DNA of 64,000 nt from positions 1,178,001 through 1,242,000 of the forward strand of contig JAUFOQ010000003.1 in the NCBI GenBank assembly GCA_040285855.1. Reading direction: 5' to 3'. A program made the translations under genes and the position numbers. The DNA is from Eukaryota sp. GEM-RC1 (lineage: Eukaryota). Shown one piece after another: positions 41,922 through 51,241 of the stretch. Positions within the stretch are counted from its first letter, which is position 1. Each line of letters opens with the position of its first letter. The notes under the pieces are model-generated. The model was given only the letters and a program-made list of their open reading frames with translations. It made no database searches and had not been told where the DNA came from.

Positions 41922-42050
41922 TGTTGGTCTTTGTGCACTAAAATGGTACATACTTAAAGAGGAGAACCTTTATAAGGAGAAGAACCTCTAAAGATGTAAG
42001 GGGGAAGATAAAAACCTAATATGAAATTACACAAATCTACAACTACAACA
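41922..42050 (-). repeat. 3' LTR (129 bp)
   Basis: Base-for-base identical to 47972-48100; TG...CA termini. Confidence 0.95.
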
Positions 42051-42065
42051 CTGCCTTTTCTTCTT
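42051..42065 (-). other. Polypurine tract (plus-strand primer)
   Basis: Minus strand AAGAAGAAAAGGCAG immediately precedes the 3' LTR. Confidence 0.8.
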
Positions 42066-42091
42066 ATTGGGTAATTCATATTATAAATAAA

Positions 42092-44224
42092 CTAGTGAGA
42101 TGTACGATTTCTTGTTTTCATACGATGCTGATTTCGAGCTACAACAGGGGCAGACTTATGGTGTTGGGCTTTCCAAGCAGCGTCTAGTTTAGAGTTAGCA
42201 CGGGCAGTTGCGGGACCTCTAGCTTGAGGAGGTTCATCAATGTACTTCCTGCGGTAAGCATAGTAGGCGGCGGTATTCTCTACTGAGCGACCTTTCCAGG
42301 TGGTAGTACCATCCAGCCAGCGGACTAGGTACTTAGGATCTTGCGGGGAGGTCAAGTCGTGGTCGATAAGCTTGTCGATGACAACTTCTTCTGAATCAGT
42401 AGCAGCATAGGCTTGTAGCACGTTCTCGGAGTGGTTCGTGTGGCACTTCTTGACGTGGTAGAGGGAGCATCTTACTGAGATACCTGTGATAAGATTACGG
42501 ATGAGGCAATTAGAGGGATGATAGGAGACATCTTCGACTAGGTATGGACCAGTCCACTTCCCATGGGTCTTCGAGGGATGTTCGCTGAGCTTCAAGACGA
42601 AGTCTCCTTGCTGGATGTCATCTATGAGTTTTTTGTTTGTGGCGGAGTTCCTGGATGAGAGCGATCTTTTCTTGAGATTGGAGGAGTTTTCTGCCTCTTT
42701 CCACTTGTTTAAGATGGTTGAAGTTTTCTGTTTCAAGGCATCAACATATGAGTTCTGCGGTAAGTGATCATCCAGAGTACAGTTCTGGATTACTTGGAGG
42801 GGGAGTTGTCTAGGGTCAGTTTTCGAACCAAAGATGAGCTCAAAGGGAGTGAAATTAGTAATTGAACTGGTTCTGGTGTTCAGGATCAGTTGGGTGATGG
42901 GTATGTATGTGCTCCAGTTAGAGTGGGCTTGGAGGTCAATGAGCAGGCGGCGAAGGGTTTGAAGTACTTCACGGTGTCTTCTTTCTACTAGTCCATTTGA
43001 CTGATGGAAGTAGGGAGTTGAAAACTTTTTTTCGATGTTAAGAAATAAACATAAACTTTTGTTGACGGCATTAGCGAATTCAGGGCCATTGTCACTCAGG
43101 ATTTGTGAAGGGATCCCATAGTTTCCAACTACGTTCCAGAGAATGGAGTAAGCAACTTCTTGTGCATTGAGGATTTTCAGGGGAACAAGAATGGAAAACC
43201 TGGAGAAAGAGCACACAAATACTAAGATGTATTTGTAATCTTCTGAATCTGGGGCGAGCGGACCAATTACGTCGGCATGTAAGCATTGGAAAGGGCGGTC
43301 TGACCATAGGTTTCCAGAGGAAGGAAGCTTCAGTTCCGGGGCAGGAGCGGTCTTTTGGCATGGAATACAATTCTTTACGTGGGACTTCATATCGTAAAGG
43401 TAGTTAGGCCACCAATAATCGCTTCTCATTAGGGCAGAGACAGAATCTTTCTTGGATGGGTGCCCTGCTCTAGTGGATCCGTGGATAGTCAGAAGCAAGT
43501 GTCGTTTCAAGGAGTCAGGAATTACAAACTTCTTCTTCCTATGGTTCCAAGTGAGCGCGTAATTTCTATTATTGGCGGTCATGGAGATAATCTCTGTGTC
43601 GGTGGTCATGGTAATGTCGTTATCTTTAGTAGCCTGTTCTTGTTCTTGGGATAGTAGTTTCAACCAATCGTTGAACACATGGCTGGGGTCGGGGATCTGT
43701 GTCCAAGAGGTCTCTTCAGGGAGATCACTGTCGGAGCTACTAAGGGGGTTGTGGGACAAGGGGTCAATAGTTAACCGTTCGGCAAACAGGTTGTCCTCGT
43801 CGATTTCCGGTTCAATGGCTCGGGAGTGATCAAGGGTGGCAATCATGATATCAAAGGGTCCTTCGTCGGGGTGAGCGGCGTCAGTACAAGGGCTGTAGTA
43901 TCCAGCGTTGTCGTGGATGCCTACATGGTCAAAGTTCGGAGGAGCTAGTGGAATGTCGGTTCTAGGCTTGATATTAATATTAATTGGGGGGTTCCAGGGG
44001 CCAGGCAGTTTATTGCCCAGGTTGTCGAAGAGCCGTGTATCCTTGGGCGATTCTCCGAGAAATTGCTCGTACAGGTCATCTTCGTCTTCTGAAGAGACTG
44101 AAATTATAGCAGAGGTAGAAGCGGAGTTCGTGATTTTTAGGAATTCGGCGGTGTCACGGATCAAATGCGGGAAAAGGCGGTAGCTAGCACCGATTGCTTC
44201 GATCGATGGCAGGTCTTCAAGCAT
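42092..44224 (-). CDS. Retrotransposon Pol C-terminal part: acidic spacer, integrase (HHCC, DDE, GPY/F), chromodomain
   Basis: H..AGH...YWWP...C..CQ zinc finger; HADVIGPL, SDNGPEF, NGLVER catalytic motifs; KWTGPYLV; IDKLIDH...YLVRWLDG..TW chromo-like motif. Joined to the RT ORF by a 1-nt shift near 44225. Confidence 0.9.
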   Translation of the reverse strand: MLEDLPSIEAIGASYRLFPHLIRDTAEFLKITNSASTSAIISVSSEDEDDLYEQFLGESPKDTRLFDNLGNKLPGPWNPPININIKPRTDIPLAPPNFDHVGIHDNAGYYSPCTDAAHPDEGPFDIMIATLDHSRAIEPEIDEDNLFAERLTIDPLSHNPLSSSDSDLPEETSWTQIPDPSHVFNDWLKLLSQEQEQATKDNDITMTTDTEIISMTANNRNYALTWNHRKKKFVIPDSLKRHLLLTIHGSTRAGHPSKKDSVSALMRSDYWWPNYLYDMKSHVKNCIPCQKTAPAPELKLPSSGNLWSDRPFQCLHADVIGPLAPDSEDYKYILVFVCSFSRFSILVPLKILNAQEVAYSILWNVVGNYGIPSQILSDNGPEFANAVNKSLCLFLNIEKKFSTPYFHQSNGLVERRHREVLQTLRRLLIDLQAHSNWSTYIPITQLILNTRTSSITNFTPFELIFGSKTDPRQLPLQVIQNCTLDDHLPQNSYVDALKQKTSTILNKWKEAENSSNLKKRSLSSRNSATNKKLIDDIQQGDFVLKLSEHPSKTHGKWTGPYLVEDVSYHPSNCLIRNLITGISVRCSLYHVKKCHTNHSENVLQAYAATDSEEVVIDKLIDHDLTSPQDPKYLVRWLDGTTTWKGRSVENTAAYYAYRRKYIDEPPQARGPATARANSKLDAAWKAQHHKSAPVVARNQHRMKTRNRTSH

Positions 44225-46305
44225 TGGGAATGCTCATCATCTACGATGATGATGGGAGACTCATCAGAGCTACTGAGATCTATATGATCTGGTATATCAG
44301 TCATGTAGATACGGAATTCGTCATCTGAGTCGGTGGAGGGCAGTTGGCACATATGTCCATCCTCGTCAATGAAGAGGCCATTTCCTCTCAAATGATCATG
44401 GAATTCCTGGTCTTCTATTTCGTCTTCAACTAGGGCTACAGCGGCATCTCTTTCCAGTTGCAGGCGGAGTTGTTCGTCAGTGGATTCTTTGATTTCAGCT
44501 TCTAGGGCGTCTATGTACTTCTGTTGTTGTTCATGAGCTTCCATGAAGGCGTCTTTTCTATCCCAGAAGAGCTGCACTTGTTCCTCTCGGCTGAGTCCTT
44601 CACAATCTTTGTCAAATTGTCGCATCATCTGTGTCGACGTTTGGAACGTTGCTCCAGAAGCCCTGTTTGAAACAGGTCCCGAGGGTTGATGAGAAGTCTG
44701 TGGGGAAGATAACCTACTATCCTCCACCATCATGTGTCTCCCCTCGACTGCATCCGGCACCGTAGACGAACACATCAAAATGCTAGAATTAACGACGGAA
44801 GGTTCAGAGAAACAGCGTGAGAGTAAGTCAGCGAAGTGGTTGTCTTCACCGGCGGTGTGAACTAATTCGAATTCAAAATTGGCTAAAATGGGGATCCAGC
44901 GGGTAACAATTCTGTTCTTCTCAGGAGCTGAAATTAGGTAAGAAAAGTTTTTGTGGTCACAAAATAGAGTGAACCGTTTGGTTAAAATGAAAGAAGATAA
45001 GGGAGAAAGGGTTAGGGTGGCGAGAATTGCATATAATTCTTTCTGAATTGTGGGCCAGTTCTTCTGGCTGTCAGTGAATTTCTTGCTGTAAAAGCAGAGA
45101 GGTCTGGTTTTCCTTTCAATAAGAGGGGTTCCAGGCGGGCAGTCTTCAGTTTGTTCCCAAATAATTCCGGAAAGGCCTACTTCGGAGGCGTCGGTGGAAA
45201 TCAGAATAGTAGCTTTGGCGTCCGGCAAGTTCAAAGGAATGTTGCTGGAGATTAGTTTCAAAATTTCTCTGAAGCAAGTTTCGGTTTCGGCGGTCCAGAT
45301 GATCTTGTTAGTTTTTCTTAGCAGATTTGAAATTGGTTCTAGTACGGAAGCAAGGTTGGGAATCCAGTCTCTAATGAAGTTAATTGATCCAACAAAACTT
45401 CGAACTTCTGATAAGGTCTTTGGTCGCGGGAGTGAGCAGATAGCTTTGATACGATCTGGACTAATCGAACGTTGAAAATTCTGGAAGATGCATCCTAGGA
45501 TCTCGATTTTACTCTTGTAAGTAATAAAATCACATTTGCGAAGGCCAAATCTAACTCGTTTGTCACGAGCTTTCAATAGAATTTTCCTGAGTTTAGCGAG
45601 TAGATCTGAAATGTCTTCCGAACATACGATTATGTCATCGATGTAAATAAAAATGTCTTCATCGGCGAAGAATGAGACCATCAAGTTTTGAAAGAAAGCT
45701 GGGACATTTTTCAGTCCAAAAGCAGCTCGAGTAAAAGAAATTGAACGTCCAGGTATGGATAGTGAAGCTTTTTTCACGTCATCTGGGTGAAGTTTGACTT
45801 GCCAGAAGGCTTTAGGTAAGTCGAGAGTAGCAATATATTTTGCCTTAGACAGAACGGGCAGAATGTCAGCGATTTTTGGTAAATTGGCTTCCAGAGTGAG
45901 TGAGAGGTCGTTGATCCCATTCTTGCCACTAAAATCACCGGTTAATCTAGGGGCTTTGTCAGCGTAGGTCACCAAACAGATAGGCGAGGACCACTTAGTT
46001 TCATTCGGAACGGCAAAGTTCTTCTTAAGGAGGTCATCGAATTCTTTGTTGGCAATTTCTAGCTTCTCTGGGCTAAGGTTCCTAGGCGGACGGCTTACTA
46101 TTCGGGATTCATCGGCGAAGGGAATTCTCATAGGCTGACAGTCGATGCCATCTGGATGTGGCAGATCACTGAACACGTCACTGAATTCAGCAAGGAGGTT
46201 AATTAAGGCTTCTTTCTCGACGGGGGGAAGTTCTATTCTGGTTTTCTTCTGTTCAAGTTGTTGTTTAAATGAGTTAATTGGGGAACTAGGATTGGTAGCA
46301 AACAC
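44161..46305 (-). CDS. Retrotransposon Pol: reverse transcriptase and RNase H
   Basis: WSSPICLV, LDLPKAFWQ, FGLKNVPAFFQ, YIDDII; RNase H motifs TDASEVG, KELYAI, CDHKN, NHFADLLSR. Confidence 0.93.
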   Translation of the reverse strand: MFATNPSSPINSFKQQLEQKKTRIELPPVEKEALINLLAEFSDVFSDLPHPDGIDCQPMRIPFADESRIVSRPPRNLSPEKLEIANKEFDDLLKKNFAVPNETKWSSPICLVTYADKAPRLTGDFSGKNGINDLSLTLEANLPKIADILPVLSKAKYIATLDLPKAFWQVKLHPDDVKKASLSIPGRSISFTRAAFGLKNVPAFFQNLMVSFFADEDIFIYIDDIIVCSEDISDLLAKLRKILLKARDKRVRFGLRKCDFITYKSKIEILGCIFQNFQRSISPDRIKAICSLPRPKTLSEVRSFVGSINFIRDWIPNLASVLEPISNLLRKTNKIIWTAETETCFREILKLISSNIPLNLPDAKATILISTDASEVGLSGIIWEQTEDCPPGTPLIERKTRPLCFYSKKFTDSQKNWPTIQKELYAILATLTLSPLSSFILTKRFTLFCDHKNFSYLISAPEKNRIVTRWIPILANFEFELVHTAGEDNHFADLLSRCFSEPSVVNSSILMCSSTVPDAVEGRHMMVEDSRLSSPQTSHQPSGPVSNRASGATFQTSTQMMRQFDKDCEGLSREEQVQLFWDRKDAFMEAHEQQQKYIDALEAEIKESTDEQLRLQLERDAAVALVEDEIEDQEFHDHLRGNGLFIDEDGHMCQLPSTDSDDEFRIYMTDIPDHIDLSSSDESPIIIVDDEHSQCLKTCHRSKQSVLATAFSRI

Positions 46306-46306
46306 T

Positions 46307-48001
46307 TCAGGGGGGAGCAGTCATAAACTGGTCAAAAGCAGTTTCAGCAGAGATAAATCTTCGGTGTTCTTCGTCCAGTTTGATATACACACCGTTGGCA
46401 TCCATAAGACCAAGTTTGGTCAGGATATCACAACCGATTAAGAGCTGGTTTTGACCTGGTAAGATAGGCAAGGTGGACTTCAGGTGAACTTTCTTGGCTG
46501 GGCCTTCGAAAAGAAAAGTAAGGTAGCCACAGGCAAGACCGGGGGAGTAAATTCTAGACTGGTTAGCTAGGAAGATTGGAATTTGTTTTTCAGAAATTTC
46601 CATGTTAGCATTTGAGGCAATGTCTTGGGTAATGCAAGAAGTCTTAGCGGCAGTATCAATAGTGCCCATAGTAGGTACTCCATTGATAGTAAGATTAATT
46701 TTTAAAAAGTCATTCTTGTGGGAAAGTTTACAAGGGTCTGAAGTTAGGTGAGTAGAAATAGCATTAACAGAGTTGCTCTGTGAATCATCAATCCCAAGGT
46801 CTACAGGTAGACAAAGGGGAATGTGATCCACAAATTCTGGAGCAGGTAAAGTGGTATCCACTGCGTTGACTTGGCGTTGGTTGGAAGAACGGGTATTAGG
46901 TCGGCGATTAATGGTAGGATCTCTTTGATTTCTGCGATGGACAGGCTGACTTCGTGGCTGGTCTCTTGGAACGCTTCGTGGGGGATTTTCTCGAGCAGGG
47001 GGTCTAGGGCTTCGATTTTGTTGGGCAGGGTATTGAGGAGTGGATAAGGGGCGGTGAAATCGACTCGCTCGGCAGCTGGGATCTGGACAGTCGGCTTTGA
47101 CATGTCCCGGCTCCTTGCAGTAAGCGCAAGTGAGGTGAGAAGAAGAATGAGAGGGTCTAGAAGAGCGAGGTTGAGTTCTGGGTTGTCGGTTAGTTGTTCG
47201 ACTGGGAGCTGGTTGTTGAGGACGGGGTTCTTCAAGAGAATAGGAGAGTTGCATTGCTGCAAAGAGTTGGCGGGTGAGAGATAAGATTTCGTCGAGAGAA
47301 GAAACTCTCCCGTTTTTGAATGAAGAGAAGATACGAGAAGAGACGGAAGAAGGAGTGATGCCTTTGATAAAGGAGGACAGGAAGTGATCTTCTTTGAAAA
47401 TCAAGTGGGAAATCTGTTTCTTAAGGTCTTGAAACCTTAGAACGTAGTCTGCTAAGCGCATGGAGGACTCTTTTATAGAGGGGTTCATGCTGATCTTCGA
47501 AAGTAGACGGTGGGCGAGAGCTTCATCATGAATGAGCGAGTTGGAGTAGATCCACGCGAGAAGCTGTTCGTTGTCTTCCTCATCTTCGGGACAGAGGAGA
47601 GGGATAGCGGATAAAAGTCGAGGGCTAATAAAGCGTCGGATAACAGGGATAAGGGAGTTCATCTCTGGCGGGACAGAGACTTCGGATGGGTCGGGACAGA
47701 ACTGTAGCATAGGTGAGCGAACAATTCTGGAGGGAGGGGCGGGACCTCTGGCTGATACGGCTTCATTGTCTTCACCTTCGGATTCGGTGGCGGACTCGAA
47801 CTCTTCTTCGGCTTCAGCGGCAGCAGGGCGGGACAATGCTTCGGAAGCCTGGAGAGCAGCGGCGTAAGCTTGGAGGTCCTCCAAGAACTTACAAGACTCC
47901 AGACGGGATGTTCCGTTCAGGAGAGGAGCTGAAAGTGAGTTGGTTTGTTGGGGATTGCCCACAGTAATTACTGTTGGTCTTTGTGCACTAAAATGGTACA
48001 T
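46307..48001 (-). CDS. Retrotransposon Gag plus aspartic protease
   Basis: CCHC knuckle CAYCKEPGHVKADC; protease IDTAA...LLIGCDIL; the ATG lies within the 5' LTR. Confidence 0.88.
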   Translation of the reverse strand: MYHFSAQRPTVITVGNPQQTNSLSAPLLNGTSRLESCKFLEDLQAYAAALQASEALSRPAAAEAEEEFESATESEGEDNEAVSARGPAPPSRIVRSPMLQFCPDPSEVSVPPEMNSLIPVIRRFISPRLLSAIPLLCPEDEEDNEQLLAWIYSNSLIHDEALAHRLLSKISMNPSIKESSMRLADYVLRFQDLKKQISHLIFKEDHFLSSFIKGITPSSVSSRIFSSFKNGRVSSLDEILSLTRQLFAAMQLSYSLEEPRPQQPAPSRTTNRQPRTQPRSSRPSHSSSHLTCAYCKEPGHVKADCPDPSCRASRFHRPLSTPQYPAQQNRSPRPPARENPPRSVPRDQPRSQPVHRRNQRDPTINRRPNTRSSNQRQVNAVDTTLPAPEFVDHIPLCLPVDLGIDDSQSNSVNAISTHLTSDPCKLSHKNDFLKINLTINGVPTMGTIDTAAKTSCITQDIASNANMEISEKQIPIFLANQSRIYSPGLACGYLTFLFEGPAKKVHLKSTLPILPGQNQLLIGCDILTKLGLMDANGVYIKLDEEHRRFISAETAFDQFMTAPP

Positions 48002-48100
48002 ACTTAAAGAGGAGAACCTTTATAAGGAGAAGAACCTCTAAAGATGTAAGGGGGAAGATAAAAACCTAATATGAAATTACACAAATCTACAACTACAACA
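47972..48100 (-). repeat. 5' LTR (129 bp)
   Basis: Identical to 41922-42050; on the minus strand it contains a TATAAA-like motif and the gag ATG. Confidence 0.95.
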
Positions 48101-48490
48101 GGAGCTACAATACCTCAACCCCTTCTCACCTTTATGCATCAATTCAAAGAGACGGTTTAAAGTCGGACCGAAATCAGTAAACTCTCTCTAATTGAAACGA
48201 CTTGGTGAATGGAGTTTCGTTGCAATTACAGAGAGTTCCTGTAAATCTACCCTAAACAAAATATAATATCCATTATTATTCCAGACCGTAAATTGAAATT
48301 GTAGGAGGACATAATTTGTATTCAACATGTCTAGTATAGTATGTTTGAGAGTAGTCAATGGTAAAGTCGAAAAAATAGAAGTTGTCAAGAATGTGTCAAT
48401 ATTCTACTAGTAGTACGTGTAAGTGCTCTATTGTCTGTCAAGCTCCACAGCGATATTTTGAGTGTTCTAAAGAAAAATTGAAGACATAAA

Positions 48491-51063
48491 ATGCAAACCA
48501 ATGCTATTGTCCGTTCTTCCTTTAAAGATTCTTACATAATCGCTCTTCAATGTGGTTCTGTCTACTACTTCAAACAATCTCAGTATTTCCCATTGCTTTC
48601 TGATCTTGAATCTCCCATTTACTTTGATTTACATGGCCAAATAATCTTTTCTGTTTCCAAACTGTACATATTCAACCCCTCTGCATATCCTCAGCTTCTT
48701 TTTATCAAAGTTCCCTGGTCTATCTCCTCAGCCTGCATCGTTAGCTCTCATCTCTACATTGCACCCTCTGATACTCAAAATGCTTGTCTCTTCTCCACCC
48801 CACTTTCATCTATCTCTTCAAACAGATTGGAACCCACTCAATGCTGGAGCTTTCGAGATTCTCGAGTTTTTACTTCTCTTTTACCTCTCCCCATCACTTC
48901 ATCATCTGGATACATTCTCGCAGCTGACAATAAAGCTCGTGTGTCTCTCTTTGCCAATCAGTGCATGGTCACCTTGCTCAAAGGACGACGTAATGCTATC
49001 CTAGGTATCTTTCAAAAACACGGGACTGGATATGGATATATCTACCTTCCTCATATAGGGATTCTAGAATATTTTGAATATGCTTCACTTTCTTTTAATT
49101 GTTTCTCTCTTGAATCTCTTCTGGTTCAAGTCTCAGTACCACTTCATTGCAAGCAGATTGACATTGGAATGTTGGAGACTGCAGAGGGAGATGTTATTAG
49201 TGTTGAGTCATTGGTTGGAATTGATGATGACGTGATGAGTCAACAGAATTCTCCAAAGAAGAGCTCGTTTGGGACTTTGTTGACGAATTCTTTGAAATTT
49301 TTAAATAATCCAAATTCAACTGAAGATGTTCAGACTGCACTGGAAATCTTTGCCAGTTTTGAACGTGAAATTCAGGGAAAACAAAATCCTGACAATTTAC
49401 TTAAAATCCGAAAATATAAATCATGTTTGTCGATGTATTTCTCCTTGCATCAATCCAGTGGAGTTCATGAACATCGACGAAAATCACTAACTTTATACAA
49501 TTTGTTAAAAAATTGTTCAAAATCTGTTTCGAATCCCAACTTTTCACAAATGATCTCTCGTCATTTGATTGAATTGTCCAAAAACAAACCCAGTCAATCA
49601 TTAAGAGTGATCTCCTTTTCCGAATTTTCTGATTACCTAGTTGATTTTTCCCAATCATCCTCAATTAATGACCAGGTTTTTAAATGTTTCCATACATTAC
49701 TTTCATCAAGTTGCCCATCATTTATAATCAAAGATTTCATTGATTGGATGTCCTGCCTGTTTGGTAAACAATCGAAGTTAATCGCGCATTTTTTATTATG
49801 TTTGTTTAAATCAATTCCGATTAATGAATCAATTATGATTGACCTGTTTCAAGTCGAAAAGATTTTTAGTGATTTATCAGCTATTAGTCAGTCTGCAAGT
49901 AAATCACCTTCAGTAAGTGAAATTATTTTACAAGAACTATCAAGACTTGACTCATTTACTGAGATTCTTCTTCTTTTCCACTGTCCCAGCTAAATGCTAG
50001 CCTACAAACTGTTTTCGTTGATTCGTTGGTTATGATCCTTACTCAAACAGAAAGATTTCCTCTTGCGTCGTCATTAGAATCAATCACTCCTAAATCTATC
50101 AATTCTGATGGGCTAATTCTGGCAGTTGCTCGTTGTGTCGTTACTAGCCCTTTCAGTTCGCATTCTTTTGTTACTAAAGAGAAATACAAGCACTACTTCC
50201 TCGGTCTTTCTGTTGTTCCTATCTTTCAAGAATTTCTAGAAGCGATTTGTTTAGAATCTGTTCGATCTAACGCAAAAGTTTACTTTATTGCATCGTTTGT
50301 ATATTATTACCTTGTCCAATTGATTACCAATTATACCCCGTCTCATCAGTTTCTCCATGTTTTTGAGAAGAAATTAGTGAGTTCGATTGATAAAGCTTTG
50401 CTCACGTTATCTGTTTCAGATTTGTTTTCCACTATCCGACACTTTCCCAAACTCTGTCTTTGTTATCATTTGTTTTATTCCACTTTGCTTTCTGTTCAGC
50501 CCTTGTTCAAGTTAGTAAATGATGACGTGTCATTGAAGCGTCCTGATGTTTCAGAGTTTAAAGTATCGTACAGTAATCATTCAGTGATTGATAGAAGGTA
50601 TCAGTTGTCAGTCTTACTTGCTGCTTTCGCGATGTCGAGAGTTTCCTTTGATCGTATTGTTCAAATCTTGCCTGAATTTGAGTTTAAACCTGTCATTTTG
50701 GATGAGAATTTAACCCTGAATCCTGATGTATTACGCTATCTTGTTTTGCTTTTATGCCCACCTTCCATAATTGTTCTTGTAGCTTCAGATTTTTTAAATT
50801 TTCCATCAGACATTTCCGATCTCGTCACTGAATCCATTTCTACTCTCATTTCTTCTAGACTAATTGATTCTCTATTATTTCCCTATGTAAACGAGCTACG
50901 ATCAATGTTCGATATTTCCTCCTTAATTAAAGCATTCATCACGGAAGCCAGAAACCGGATCGCTTTTATGCTTACTGAAAATCGCTTCAGTCTTCCCTTA
51001 TTACTTTCAAAGTGTAGTATTTCCAGGCCTGATGCTAGTTGGATATTAGAAAAGATCCAATAA
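48491..51063 (+). CDS. Probable divergent Rab3 GTPase-activating protein non-catalytic subunit (Rab3GAP2-like); one frameshift near 49970
   Basis: ILAADNKARVSLF...LLKGRRNA...YIYLPHIGILEYF resembles the Rab3GAP2 N-terminal signature as recalled (D..gRV.L...WKGYRdA...IYaP.rGiLEvW), followed by a helical-looking region. The 50026..51063 frame is open upstream across the 49993 stop. Confidence 0.55.
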
Positions 51064-51241
51064 TGAAAAAGCCACGAGTCAATGATATTTATCAATTAAT
51101 CAGTTTCATTTCGGGAAACTCTCACGGGTTAAATCAACATCTTAACAATCAGGTCAATATTTTACGGGAAGTGTTGTCAATATTTCTGTAGCCAAAAACA
51201 TTATGGCAAAATTTCAAAAAATGTAATCATTTCAAATAATT

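Larger units (their letters stand above)
41922..48100 (-). mobile_element. Full-length Ty3/gypsy (Metaviridae) LTR retrotransposon with chromodomain integrase
   Basis: Identical 129-bp LTRs with TGTTG...CAACA ends; 4-bp TSD GGAG at 41918-41921 and 48101-48104; domain order gag-PR-RT-RH-IN-chromo; polypurine tract abutting the 3' LTR. Confidence 0.96.
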
